Shown: positions 50,975-60,726 of the stretch, piece after piece
Numbering within the stretch: position 1 is the first letter of the stretch
Layout: each line of letters starts with the position of its first letter
Assembly: GCA_944381825.1 (NCBI GenBank)
Contig: CALWMK010000002.1
Span: 34,660-98,659, forward strand
DNA: 64,000 nucleotides
Origin: an uncultured Clostridia bacterium
GTDB lineage: Bacteria > Bacillota > Clostridia > Christensenellales > UBA1242
Direction: 5' to 3'
The notes under the pieces: model-generated
Databases searched by the model: none
What the model was told of the DNA's origin: nothing
What the model saw: the letters and a program-made list of their open reading frames with translations, nothing else
Made by a program: the position numbers and the translations under genes

Positions 50975-52432
50975 TTAATTTTCTTCAGAAGCTGTTTCAT
51001 TTACATCTGCATCATTATTTTCAGTTTCTTTTAATTTTGCAATTGATGCTTCAACATCTTCAATATCTTGTTTTATTTGAGCAACAGTTGTTGTTAAAAT
51101 TCTGTAAGAAGTTTCCAAAATTGGATATCTTTCTTCACTATTTTTTATAACTTCTTCACAGTGAGCAACTGACATTCTAAGCCCATCAAGAAGGTCAAGG
51201 TCTTCTTCAAGTTTATGAGCTTTTTCCTCATCAATATCAACAATATTATTAACACCATACAAAAGCACTTTTTGTTTTGCAACAAGAGCTTCTCTTCTTC
51301 TAAGTTTTTTCTTGTCGCTTTCTAAATTCTTTCTCACCCTCATCAATGGAAGATATTCTTTTTTAATGCCTCTAAGTTCTTTCTCGTTATTTTTAAGTCT
51401 TTCTTTCAATGTTTCAAGACGTTCTTCATATTCTTCCAAAGACATAGCAGGTTTAACTTTTTCTATAGAGCTTCCCTCTCTAGCTTTATCAAGAAGTTGT
51501 TCAAGTTCAAGTTTTTCGCGTTCCAATCTCTCTTTTTCTTCCTGTGATTGTTTTTCAACAACAACAAGTTGTTCACGATTTTTTTCACTTTCTTCTTTTA
51601 ATTTTTCAAATTCAGCGATTTTTTCCTCAAGTTCTTTTCTAAGTCTTTCATTTTCTGCTGTTTTTTCTTCTATTTCTTTTTGAACATCATCTAAAGTTTC
51701 GGTTACTTCTTCCTCTTCTTCAGCGTCTTCTTCAACAACTTCATCTGCAGTTTCTTCAACTTGTTCTTCTTCAGTTTCAACTACTTCTTCTGATTTTTCT
51801 TCAACCTCATCTTCATCTAAATCAAGATCATCTAAATCAAAATCATCATTGAAGAAAATATCATCAAAGTCAAATTCATCTTCTTCTTTATTAGAAACTT
51901 CTGTGAAAACATTTTGCTTTTCAGTTGCAGCTTTAAGTTTTTCTTGCTTGAATCTTTCTTCTTCTTCTCTAAGTTTTGCAAAAGAATCTTCTTCTTCAAC
52001 TTTTTCGTTGTCAACTTGTTCCTTTTGCTCTTCTTCAACAGGTTCTCTTACAACAGGTTCTTCTTTTATGTCTTCAGTTTCACCTTTTAAAAGTTTTTCT
52101 TCCTCAAGGGCACGATCATAATCTACTTGAGAATATTCTTCATTTTTTTCATCAACTGGAGCATATGTAAGAACTTCTCTTTTTGTTATATCAAGTTTTT
52201 CTTTTTCATATTCTCTTATTGTTTGCTTAATTTTTTCTTTTTCGTCATCTTCTTCTTTAATTTCTTTGTTCTTTGATTTATTCTTTCTTAATGCGCTATT
52301 TTCTGGATCAAGAATTGAAATTAAAAGGTCTCCTAAAAAGAAGATAAGAAATCCACCTGCCACAATAATTCCAATAATGGCAAGCACATTCAAAAGAACT
52401 TCTCCAAAATTTACTGCAAGTAAGGTGTTCAT
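50975..52432 (-). CDS. Membrane-anchored, highly acidic coiled-coil protein (485 aa)
   Basis: N-terminal TM helix, then long Glu/Asp/Lys-rich low-complexity and heptad-like sequence. The overlapping track ORFs on both strands are composition artefacts. Confidence 0.7.
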   Translation of the reverse strand: MNTLLAVNFGEVLLNVLAIIGIIVAGGFLIFFLGDLLISILDPENSALRKNKSKNKEIKEEDDEKEKIKQTIREYEKEKLDITKREVLTYAPVDEKNEEYSQVDYDRALEEEKLLKGETEDIKEEPVVREPVEEEQKEQVDNEKVEEEDSFAKLREEEERFKQEKLKAATEKQNVFTEVSNKEEDEFDFDDIFFNDDFDLDDLDLDEDEVEEKSEEVVETEEEQVEETADEVVEEDAEEEEEVTETLDDVQKEIEEKTAENERLRKELEEKIAEFEKLKEESEKNREQLVVVEKQSQEEKERLEREKLELEQLLDKAREGSSIEKVKPAMSLEEYEERLETLKERLKNNEKELRGIKKEYLPLMRVRKNLESDKKKLRRREALVAKQKVLLYGVNNIVDIDEEKAHKLEEDLDLLDGLRMSVAHCEEVIKNSEERYPILETSYRILTTTVAQIKQDIEDVEASIAKLKETENNDADVNETASEEN

Positions 52433-52458
52433 AAATTTAATTCTCCTTTAATTTTATT

Positions 52459-52811
52459 TGGTGGAAACGGTGGGATTTGAACCCACGTCCGAATAGGCTG
52501 AATTTTGCCTTTCTCCGTGTGCAGTTTATGTTTTAGTTTCATTCAAGTTTCTTCCATAAACAAAATAAACTTGAACAAGCCACAATTTTAAATTTCAAAA
52601 ATTAGTGACAAATTTTTGAAATTTCCTATTATCATTTGATGCCAAATAAATTTTTAATAGGAAAAAAATTTATTGACAAGTTGCATTAGGCTGCAACAGC
52701 GCCGTAATTGTTATTTGCGTTTATTTTTTGACCAAGTTTTTAGGTAGGCTCAGCCATCTACCACACGCTTTATACAAAATCTAGTCCCAATCGTCGAAAC
52801 CTATCGTCCCC
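52459..52811 (-). ncRNA. ssrA: tmRNA (SsrA)
   Basis: The minus strand starts GGGGACGATAGGTTTCGACG and ends GGACGTGGGTTCAAATCCCACCGTTTCCACCA. The acceptor stem pairs with a G3-U. Internal tag frame: GCA AAT AAC AAT TAC GGC GCT GTT GCA GCC TAA (ANNNYGAVAA*). It lies immediately after smpB. Confidence 0.93.
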
Positions 52812-53255
52812 TCATCTCACTTTCAAGCTTCTTTCAATTTCTCTTTTGACAGTTTCATTTGCCTTTGCCTGTCTTTTATCATAAAGTTTTTTGCCTTTAG
52901 CAAGAGCAATTTCAATCTTAACAAAACCATTTTTAATATATACCTTTGTTGGGACAACTGTCATTCCTTTAATGGTTTTTTCTTTAATCAATTTGTCAAT
53001 TTCTCTTTTGTGAAGAAGCAGTTTGCGATTACGTTTTGTGTCAGGGCAAAAGTTTTTTGCTTTCTCATATGGTTTAATATATGCATTTTTCAAAAAAATT
53101 TCATTATTTTCAAAAGTAACAAAACTTTCTGCAATGCTAATTCCACCATCTCGAATTGATTTAACCTCGCTGCCAACTAAAACAATTCCGGCTTCAAAAG
53201 TTTGTGAAATAAAGTAATTAAAATATGCCTTTTTATTTGTTGCTATAACCTTCAT
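52812..53255 (-). CDS. smpB: SsrA-binding protein SmpB
   Basis: 147 aa. NKKAYFNYFI...GSEVKSIR...LLLHKREI is typical SmpB. Confidence 0.95.
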   Translation of the reverse strand: MKVIATNKKAYFNYFISQTFEAGIVLVGSEVKSIRDGGISIAESFVTFENNEIFLKNAYIKPYEKAKNFCPDTKRNRKLLLHKREIDKLIKEKTIKGMTVVPTKVYIKNGFVKIEIALAKGKKLYDKRQAKANETVKREIERSLKVR

Positions 53256-53325
53256 TTCTTCTCCAATTATATCACTAGTTTTTTATAATTTCAATACCAA
53301 TTTTAATTTTTTTTAAAAAAAAGAG

Positions 53326-55374
53326 CTAATTTTTTACTTTTTTTAGTAAAAATTCAACTTTTCTGTCAAAAACATTGCAATTTGCCACTATAACAGTAAC
53401 TTTGTCACCTATACTAAAACAATTTTTTTGACCTTTTAACTTTAACGATTTTTCAAAAAATAAATAATTATCATCATTCAAAGTTTCTAGTTTGACAAGT
53501 CCCTCTACCGTATTTTCCAGTTCAACAAAAAAACCAAAGCTTGTGACACTACTAATAATACCTTCAAATTCTTTTCCTAAAAATTTTTTCATATATTGAA
53601 CTTTTTTCAAATCATCTGCATCTCTTTCAGCCTCGTCTGCAGCTCTCTCTTTTTGACTGGATTGTTCACAAGCTTCAAAAACAAATTCTTTCAAATCCTT
53701 ACTAAATTTTTTATTTGATAATTCTTGTTTGATTATTCTATGAATTAAAAGATCAGGATATCTTCTTATTGGTGAAGTAAAGTGACAATAATATTTTAAT
53801 GCCAAACCAAAATGTCCTAAACATTCATTTGAATATCTAGCTTTTTGCAATGACCTTAAAATCATTTTATTAAGTGACTCTTTCAAAGGATTATCTTCAA
53901 TCAATTTCAAAATTTGCTTATAATAGCTTGGTGTTATAATGTTGGGCATCGGCGGACAATTAATTCCAATTCCTGCCAAAAAATCAATTAAATTTTTAAG
54001 CTTTTCAGTTGTAGGTGCTTCATGAATTCTATAAGCAAATGGAATTTTTAAATTTGCAAATTCTTTTGCCACCGTTTCATTACAAATAATCATAAAACTT
54101 TCTATTAGTTTATGAGCATCATTCCTTTCCCTTTTTGAAATAGATAAAACCTCACCATTTTCATCAACCTCAAAATATGGTTCCGCTATATCAAAATCCA
54201 ACTCTCCACATTCAACGCGTTTTTTCTTTAAAAGCTTAGCAAGTTGATTCATCTTGATAAATATATCTTTCAAATTCTTTGTCTTTTCATTCACCTTCCC
54301 ACAAATTGCATCATACACCTCATCATAGGTCAATCTTGCCAGGCTTTTGATATAACTTTCACAAATCTTATGATTGACAACTTCACCCTCGTTGTTTATT
54401 TCCATAAAAACAGATAATGTCAATCTAATTTGATTTTCAAAGAGTGAACATATTCCATTTGATATACTTTGTGGAAGCATAGGAAAAGTCATAGTGGGAA
54501 AATACACACTTGTTCCTCGCAAAAAAGCCTCTTTATCTAAAACACTATCTTTTTTAACATACTCGGCAACATCTGCAATATGAACACCTAATTCATAATT
54601 CCCATTAGATAAAACCTTTAAAGACACTGCGTCATCTAAATCTTTGGCATCAGCTCCGTCAATGGTAAATATTGTTTGATCTGTTAAATCAAGTCTATTT
54701 TTAAGCTCTTTTTTTGAAATTCCTGCCACAGAAATTTTTTCTGCGCAAGAAATGACCTCTTGCGGAAATTTTTCATAAATATGATGTGATCTTAATATAG
54801 CCAGTTCTAATGTTTCATCATTTGTGCTTTCCCCTAAAATTTCAACTATTTGTCCCAAAAATCTATCTTTTTCATTTTCTGGCTGATATGTTAATTTACA
54901 AACTACTTTATCATCTATTTTAGCTCCAAATAAATGACGCTTTTCAACTTTAATATAACGTGTTATTTTTGTATTATCTGGAACAACAAAAAAATCCTTT
55001 TTAATTTTAATAACATTGCCAACTATTTGACTATTACTTCTTTTTGTTATTTTTATTACAACAGCTTCTTTTTTGTTGTTTTCTGTTTGAATTACTTTAA
55101 CTAAAACCCTGTCTCCATCAATAGCACCCTTTGATTTTTTTGGTGGTATGAAAACATCTTCATTTAAATCACTACAAAAACAAAAATTATAATTTTTACC
55201 AGTACCTAAAAATATAGCTTCATACTGTTTTGATTTTGAAGAATTTTTTTGCTTTGATTGCTTGAAAAATGAAGCTGTTTCGATTTTTTCATCAACTTTT
55301 TTGCCATCATTTAAAAAAACCCCGTCTGGAGCGGAGAATAAAATTTTATTTTTGTTTTTATTATTTTTTTTCAT
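53326..55374 (-). CDS. rnr: Ribonuclease R
   Basis: 682 aa with an RNB catalytic region (TIDGADAKDLDDAVS) and a C-terminal S1 domain. Next to smpB as in many bacteria. Confidence 0.9.
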   Translation of the reverse strand: MKKNNKNKNKILFSAPDGVFLNDGKKVDEKIETASFFKQSKQKNSSKSKQYEAIFLGTGKNYNFCFCSDLNEDVFIPPKKSKGAIDGDRVLVKVIQTENNKKEAVVIKITKRSNSQIVGNVIKIKKDFFVVPDNTKITRYIKVEKRHLFGAKIDDKVVCKLTYQPENEKDRFLGQIVEILGESTNDETLELAILRSHHIYEKFPQEVISCAEKISVAGISKKELKNRLDLTDQTIFTIDGADAKDLDDAVSLKVLSNGNYELGVHIADVAEYVKKDSVLDKEAFLRGTSVYFPTMTFPMLPQSISNGICSLFENQIRLTLSVFMEINNEGEVVNHKICESYIKSLARLTYDEVYDAICGKVNEKTKNLKDIFIKMNQLAKLLKKKRVECGELDFDIAEPYFEVDENGEVLSISKRERNDAHKLIESFMIICNETVAKEFANLKIPFAYRIHEAPTTEKLKNLIDFLAGIGINCPPMPNIITPSYYKQILKLIEDNPLKESLNKMILRSLQKARYSNECLGHFGLALKYYCHFTSPIRRYPDLLIHRIIKQELSNKKFSKDLKEFVFEACEQSSQKERAADEAERDADDLKKVQYMKKFLGKEFEGIISSVTSFGFFVELENTVEGLVKLETLNDDNYLFFEKSLKLKGQKNCFSIGDKVTVIVANCNVFDRKVEFLLKKVKN

Positions 55375-55378
55375 AAAT

Positions 55379-55690
55379 TTAACTCTTATTTATAAACAAT
55401 GAAACAAAATAAAGAACAATGCAAACTGCAATTATACTTACCATAATAATAGTTGTTTTTTTAAGTTTTCCATCTCTTGTTTCACCTTTATTTTGCGAAT
55501 AATAACTTTCTTGTACACCTGAAATAACATTGGTGCCTCCTGAAGAATTTTCAGATTGCAAAAGCACTGTAATTGTCATTATGATGGCGCAAACAAAAAT
55601 AATTCCAATCAAAACATATCTTATAATTGGAAAGGATTTCGTAATCCAATCAGCTTGTGTTGCAGCTAAAACAAAATTTACTAAATTCAT
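55379..55690 (-). CDS. secG: Preprotein translocase subunit SecG
   Basis: 103 aa. Two TM helices flank the LLQSENSSGG motif region. Conserved secG-rnr-smpB neighbourhood. Confidence 0.75.
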   Translation of the reverse strand: MNLVNFVLAATQADWITKSFPIIRYVLIGIIFVCAIIMTITVLLQSENSSGGTNVISGVQESYYSQNKGETRDGKLKKTTIIMVSIIAVCIVLYFVSLFINKS

Positions 55691-55703
55691 TTTTTCACAT
55701 CCT

Positions 55704-55997
55704 TTAAATAGTACAAAGTAATATTAAAATTGCGGTTGCCAAAATGGCGATAATTATTGGAAGAACAAAATTTTTTTTAATAGCATTAACATTAAATACC
55801 CTTTTTACAACTGTTCTCATACTTAACAAAATAATGACACTAAGCAAAACTACAATTGTAATAAAAAGCACATTATTGTTTGTTCTTAAATCATGAACAG
55901 AAGTTTTTATCGCTAAAAACCAGTCTTGAATAAAAGAAGCAAGTAAATTCATGGTTTCTCCTTTTGTTAGGATATCATTTATAAACATGTTTGTCAA
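55704..55997 (-). CDS. Hypothetical small membrane protein (97 aa)
   Basis: Two predicted TM helices, no recognisable family. Confidence 0.5.
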   Translation of the reverse strand: MTNMFINDILTKGETMNLLASFIQDWFLAIKTSVHDLRTNNNVLFITIVVLLSVIILLSMRTVVKRVFNVNAIKKNFVLPIIIAILATAILILLCTI

Positions 55998-56022
55998 CGA
56001 TATAACATTTAATAATTAAAAA

Positions 56023-56595
56023 TCAAAATTTTCTTTTTAAAACATCGCTTAATAATAGAATCTTTACCTGTCTTGGCAAATTTTTTAAAACTCTTCCCAA
56101 TTCTTCGCCTGTTAAATTTTTATCATAGCCATAGCTATTTAATTCCCCATCAAACGAATTTACATCAATATCATTAAATGACTGTTCTAAAAAAGAGTCA
56201 AGTTCAGACATGCTCATATCTTCAAAATTGGGAATCTGCGAATTTTCAAAACTATTAAAATCAGTTTCTTTTCGCCTCAATTCTTCATACATTTTATCTA
56301 AGTCAATTTCATCTTGTTCTGAATCATCTTCCGCGAAAAGCTTTAGGCTTTCCTCCATATCAGCAATTTTCATGTTTGTTTCTGGTTCTTTCCCATATTC
56401 AATATTTTCTTCTTTAATAACAGTATCGTAATCTATTTTATCTTGTAAAAAATCATCTTCAATTTTATTTTTTTTAATCTCTTTTTTAATTTTGGGAGCC
56501 TTATTTTTTTTAAACCAGTCTTTTCCTTTGTCTAAAAATATAAAAACTAAAAGCAACACAAGTGCAATTCCAACAATAATGAGAAATTCTTTCAC
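56023..56595 (-). CDS. Hypothetical membrane-anchored acidic protein (190 aa)
   Basis: N-terminal TM helix, then a Glu/Asp-rich soluble region. Lies directly downstream of floA. Confidence 0.55.
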   Translation of the reverse strand: MKEFLIIVGIALVLLLVFIFLDKGKDWFKKNKAPKIKKEIKKNKIEDDFLQDKIDYDTVIKEENIEYGKEPETNMKIADMEESLKLFAEDDSEQDEIDLDKMYEELRRKETDFNSFENSQIPNFEDMSMSELDSFLEQSFNDIDVNSFDGELNSYGYDKNLTGEELGRVLKNLPRQVKILLLSDVLKRKF

Positions 56596-56597
56596 CT

Positions 56598-57611
56598 TTA
56601 TTTTCTTCCTTTCTTATCATCTCCATTACCAGCCAAAGAGTTTCTCATAGCTGTATCAGAGTTAAGGTTTTGAATCTTATAATAGTCCATAACACCCATT
56701 TGCCCCTTTTTAATTGCCTCAGCCATTGCTTTTGGCACTTCTGCTTCAGCCGACAAGACCATAGCCTTCATTTCTTGGGTTCTCGCTCGCATTTCTTGTT
56801 CTGCAGCTGTTGCCATTGCCCTTCTTTCTTCTGCTTTCGCTTGAGCAACAGTTTTATCTGCTTCCGCTTGATCCATCATAAGCCTAGCACCTATGTTTTT
56901 TCCAACATCGATATCTGCCATGTCAATTGAAATAATTTCATAAGATGTGCCAGAATCTAAACCTTTTGCAAGCACTGTTTTAGAAATTAAATCGGGATTT
57001 TCAAGAACAACTGTGTGAGTTTCAGCTGAACCAACTGTTGTGACAATTCCCTCGCCAACACGCGCTAAAATTGTTTCCTCTCCCGCACCACCGACAAGTC
57101 TGGCGATGTTAGCTCTAACAGTAATTCTTGCCTTAACCTTAAGTTCTATACCATTTTTTGCAATAGCAGAAATCCAATCTGTTTCAATTACCTTTGGTGT
57201 AACACTTTGTCTTACTGCAAGTGAAATATCACGACCAGCAAGGTCAATTGCTTTTGCCAAATCAAGAGATAAAGCAAACTTTGCACTATGGGCAGAAATA
57301 AGTGAATTAACAACTTTTTGCACATCACCACCAGCCATATAATGTGTTTCCAAATCAACTATTTCAATATTAAGCCCAGCTTTTTTTGCTTGAATATAAG
57401 CATCAATTATGTATGAAACTTTTATCCTGCGCATCTTCATTCCAAGCAGTCTAGTCATTGAAACATGGGCCCCTGAAACAAGTGCAACAAACCAAGTTTT
57501 AATAGGAACAACCGCGAGGAGCACTGCCAACATAACAACTAATAATCCTAAAACAACATATAGAACAATTTCCCATGCTGAAACTAATAACAAATTCATT
57601 TTAACCTCCAA
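56598..57611 (-). CDS. floA: Flotillin-like protein FloA (YqfA/UPF0365)
   Basis: 337 aa. N-terminal TM plus an SPFH-type body ([18 protein letters not shown]..., AIDLAGRD) and an Ala/Glu-rich coiled coil. The true start may be the internal MNLLL. Confidence 0.85.
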   Translation of the reverse strand: MEVKMNLLLVSAWEIVLYVVLGLLVVMLAVLLAVVPIKTWFVALVSGAHVSMTRLLGMKMRRIKVSYIIDAYIQAKKAGLNIEIVDLETHYMAGGDVQKVVNSLISAHSAKFALSLDLAKAIDLAGRDISLAVRQSVTPKVIETDWISAIAKNGIELKVKARITVRANIARLVGGAGEETILARVGEGIVTTVGSAETHTVVLENPDLISKTVLAKGLDSGTSYEIISIDMADIDVGKNIGARLMMDQAEADKTVAQAKAEERRAMATAAEQEMRARTQEMKAMVLSAEAEVPKAMAEAIKKGQMGVMDYYKIQNLNSDTAMRNSLAGNGDDKKGRK

Positions 57612-58125
57612 CTTTTGTAATATAAATCACATTATTCTCTATGCTAGTAACAACAACTTCACTTCCTGATTCAATTATTTCATTTGATAAAACATCAAAA
57701 ACCTTATCTTCAATCTTCATTTTTCCAATAGGTTTACACTCGGTAATAAGTGTTCCTTGCTTGCCAATTAAATCTGCATGTTCATTTTTGCCTATTTCTG
57801 AATAGTCTGTTGGTATTGCAGTTTTGTTTTCAACTAGTGCCGATTTTCCTAAAAGCCCATATTTTGCAGAGCGAATAAAAATCAAAAATAAGAGGGTAAA
57901 AACCAGCGCTAGAATTACTACAATTATAAAAACTTGAATTATTGAACCTGAAAAAATCGCATGAAGAACTATCCCGCCAATTTCGCATAAAATGCCAAAA
58001 ATTCCAAAAAAACCAAATCCGGGAACAATTGCTTCTACAAAACATGAAATTATTCCAACAATTAGCAAAATTATTACTATCCAAGAAGTTTGAGTTGTAA
58101 GTTTAACAAGCTCTTCCCAAAACAT
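57601..58125 (-). CDS. NfeD-family membrane protein
   Basis: 174 aa. Hydrophobic N-terminal half plus a C-terminal OB-like soluble domain. Overlaps floA, the classical nfeD-flotillin pair. Confidence 0.8.
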   Translation of the reverse strand: MFWEELVKLTTQTSWIVIILLIVGIISCFVEAIVPGFGFFGIFGILCEIGGIVLHAIFSGSIIQVFIIVVILALVFTLLFLIFIRSAKYGLLGKSALVENKTAIPTDYSEIGKNEHADLIGKQGTLITECKPIGKMKIEDKVFDVLSNEIIESGSEVVVTSIENNVIYITKVGG

Positions 58126-58291
58126 ATCTTCACTCCTTTTAAAATGATAATTTTTGTATCTAAATTTACCTCAAGTTTTGCGAAAGCCAGCATATTCAAC
58201 AAAAAATTTATTAATATAATAACATATTAATTTCACTTTGTGAAGATGTATTTTTAAAAAATAATTATGTGTTTTAAAATGTGCGACATCA

Positions 58292-59119
58292 TTAATTTGT
58301 AAATCTTTTAAAATAGAAAAATAATTGTTGAATATATGCCGATAAATTTTGAAAAGTATGAACAAGATTTTCACGCATCTTTTTCCTATCCTTTTCATTT
58401 TCATTAAAATATTGATGGTAAACCTTTTCTATCCAAGTATCTACAGGAAATACATCTTTTTTATCATATACTGACATAAGGATACAATCAGCCACTTTAC
58501 TTCCTATTCCACAATATTTTAAAAGCTCATTTTTTAATACTGAAGTTTCAAGATAATAATAATCTTTTAACTTTTGAAAATCTAATGCATCTATTAATCT
58601 TACAAGTTGACTTGCTCTATAACCACAGCCTGCAGCAATAAAAAATTTTTCATCTAATTGTTTGAGTTTATCTAATGTCGGAAAGGAGTAGAACTCTCCC
58701 ATATTTTCACCCGCATTTTCTCTTAAATATTTTATTGATTTTTTAATGCGTTTTATATTGTTATTTGCAGAAATGGCCCAACTAACAAACATTTCAACCA
58801 TATCTTGTTTCAACATTCTAATGCCATAACCATAGTTTAGAATTTGAACAAATTGGGGAAAATTTTCTAAAATTATTTTTTTATAAACATTATAATCGCT
58901 TTTCAAATCAAAAAAGTTTATAAAATAATCAATATCGCTAGTAAAAATCTTAACCACATTATTTTCTTTTTTAACTTTCGCGCATTTGTTTCCACTTAAA
59001 ACTAAATAGTAATCACGCATTTTTTCATATGAAAAAATTTGACCGCTTTCTAATATTTGGTCAATATTAAATTGAGATAAATCATTAATTTCTATGTAAT
59101 CTTTTTTAACTTTAAACAT
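58292..59119 (-). CDS. ogg: 8-oxoguanine DNA glycosylase/AP lyase (Ogg, HhH-GPD)
   Basis: 275 aa with N-terminal ESGQIF and HhH-GPD sequence with a catalytic Lys (CGIGSKVADCILM...FPVDTWI). Confidence 0.8.
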   Translation of the reverse strand: MFKVKKDYIEINDLSQFNIDQILESGQIFSYEKMRDYYLVLSGNKCAKVKKENNVVKIFTSDIDYFINFFDLKSDYNVYKKIILENFPQFVQILNYGYGIRMLKQDMVEMFVSWAISANNNIKRIKKSIKYLRENAGENMGEFYSFPTLDKLKQLDEKFFIAAGCGYRASQLVRLIDALDFQKLKDYYYLETSVLKNELLKYCGIGSKVADCILMSVYDKKDVFPVDTWIEKVYHQYFNENEKDRKKMRENLVHTFQNLSAYIQQLFFYFKRFTN

Positions 59120-59215
59120 GATTGTATTATAACATTATATTTTTTAAAATAAAAGATATAAAATAAAATCTTAAACAATAAGTCTAAGATTTTATTTAAA
59201 TTTTAAAAATATTTA

Positions 59216-59485
59216 TTAAATAATATTAACAAACTTTTTATCACCGCTTTGTGAAAAATTAACTTTTCCATCTACAAGTGCATAAATTGTATAATCTTTT
59301 CCAAGACCAACATTTTTTCCTGGATAGAACTTTGTTCCTCTTTGTCTTACAATTATGCTTCCAGCTGTGACAGTTTGTCCATCACCGCATTTAACGCCCA
59401 ATCTTTTAGCTTGTGAATCTCTTCCATTTTTTGTGCTACCGCCACCTTTCTTATGGGCAAAAAGCTGCAGATTAATAAATTTCAT
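59216..59485 (-). CDS. rpmA: 50S ribosomal protein L27 with N-terminal propeptide
   Basis: 89 aa. [10 protein letters not shown] then [14 protein letters not shown], the propeptide form processed by Prp in Bacillota. Confidence 0.95.
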   Translation of the reverse strand: MKFINLQLFAHKKGGGSTKNGRDSQAKRLGVKCGDGQTVTAGSIIVRQRGTKFYPGKNVGLGKDYTIYALVDGKVNFSQSGDKKFVNII

Positions 59486-59807
59486 TACAGACCTCCACTT
59501 TCATAAATTTTTCATTTCCAATTTCAATATCCTTTAAACTAATGTACAGAGTTTGCATTAAAACATTTGCAATTTTTGCCTGCTGTTTGGAAAGCTCAAA
59601 GGAAAATTCACCTTTCTTTTCTTCTTTTTTAAATTTAACATCCAACCCCAAAACTTTTGAAATTCCTAGATAGGTGGATTGAACAAGAGCTGAAATTGCA
59701 CTACAAAGCACATCTTCCCCACTAAAAGCTTTCCCCGTATGACCTTTGCAAGTAATAGAATATAAAAATTGATTTTTTTTAAAAATTATATTCGTCATTT
59801 TATACAA
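59472..59807 (-). CDS. prp: Ribosomal-processing cysteine protease Prp
   Basis: 111 aa between rplU and rpmA with conserved GHTG and CSAISAL motifs. Confidence 0.85.
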   Translation of the reverse strand: MYKMTNIIFKKNQFLYSITCKGHTGKAFSGEDVLCSAISALVQSTYLGISKVLGLDVKFKKEEKKGEFSFELSKQQAKIANVLMQTLYISLKDIEIGNEKFMKVEVCNEIY

Positions 59808-60105
59808 TCTCAGTAATTTTTACCTTTGTGTAAGGTTGACGATGCCCTTGTTTACTACGAACGTTTTTCTTTGCTTTGTATTTGTACACAACAATTTTAT
59901 CACCTTTGCCATGTTCAACTACTTCGGCTTTGACCTTTACATTTTTCACATATGGGTTTCCTGTAGTAACTTTCCCGTTTTTTTCAAGCATTAAAGCATT
60001 AAATTCTACAACTGAGTTAACTTCATTATCAAGCTTTTCTACACAAACTAAATCGCCAACTTGAACTTTATATTGCTTTCCGCCTGTTTCAATAATTGCA
60101 AACAT
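59800..60105 (-). CDS. rplU: 50S ribosomal protein L21
   Basis: 101 aa. MFAIIETGGKQYKVQVGD is canonical L21. Confidence 0.97.
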   Translation of the reverse strand: MFAIIETGGKQYKVQVGDLVCVEKLDNEVNSVVEFNALMLEKNGKVTTGNPYVKNVKVKAEVVEHGKGDKIVVYKYKAKKNVRSKQGHRQPYTKVKITEIV

Positions 60106-60178
60106 ACTTTCCTCCTTAAAAAATCTCGCTGATGTAAGGTGGCATCAAAGCGCTTAAACCTTAACCATGCGGTAAACT
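60106..60178 (-). promoter_or_regulatory. L21-operon leader with a terminator-like hairpin (candidate L21 leader attenuator)
   Basis: The minus strand reads ...ACCGCATGGTTAAGGTTTAAGCGCTTTGATGccaccttaCATCAGCGAGATTTTTTAAGGAGG. The hairpin plus U-run sits right before the RBS. The position matches the known Bacillota L21 leader, but I did not align it to Rfam. Confidence 0.5.
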
Positions 60179-60184
60179 TTAAAA

Positions 60185-60213
60185 AATATATCATAAACTA
60201 TGTTATGTGTCAA
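60185..60213 (-). promoter_or_regulatory. SigA-type promoter of the rplU operon
   Basis: Minus strand: TTGACA (60213-60208), 17-nt spacer, TATATT (60190-60185). Confidence 0.65.
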
Positions 60214-60267
60214 GAATTTTAAATAAAAATATATAAACATTCTTCTTTATTTAATAATATAAATCTT

Positions 60268-60726
60268 TTATTCTACTATAACACAATCATCACAAACCGA
60301 AATAATATCACCAGTTTCTATTTTTAATAATAGTTCATCACCCAGTTTGTCAACTACAACTATTTCAGTTTTATAAAAGTTTTTTGCAATTATTAGTCCA
60401 GCTAAAATTGAATTTGGCAATTGCTTTGATGATAAAATGCAAATAGGTGCAATACAAGCCCTTTCAAAAATTGATAATAAAAATAGCACATCAACATTTG
60501 AACTATCAAAGTTCTCGACACATAAAACCTTTCCGCTTATGTTTTTTTGATAAATATCACTCTTTTTATCCTCAACAGTAAGATTATTTGATTTTTTTAA
60601 AAGAACCCTATGAAAACTTTTATTTAAATTTAATAAACCATGACTTACAAGTGCCTGACCTCTTATAACGCCTGGAAGCACACTTCGGCCTTTAAAAGAA
60701 ACCTTCATTATCCCCTCCTGCCACAA
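60268..60726 (-). CDS. Aconitase X swivel-domain subunit (DUF126)
   Basis: 152 aa. The start region MKVSFKGRSVLPGVIRGQALVS is typical of the DUF126 small subunit. Overlaps the large subunit by 19 nt. Confidence 0.75.
   Translation of the reverse strand: MWQEGIMKVSFKGRSVLPGVIRGQALVSHGLLNLNKSFHRVLLKKSNNLTVEDKKSDIYQKNISGKVLCVENFDSSNVDVLFLLSIFERACIAPICILSSKQLPNSILAGLIIAKNFYKTEIVVVDKLGDELLLKIETGDIISVCDDCVIVE

Noticed and set aside
51312-52451. Multiple overlapping ORFs on both strands and apparent internal repeats in the 50975-52432 gene; considered as a tandem DNA repeat or a gene stack.
   Set aside because: They are explained by GAA/GAG/AAA-rich low-complexity coding for a single Glu/Lys-rich coiled-coil protein. 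I found no exact DNA period.
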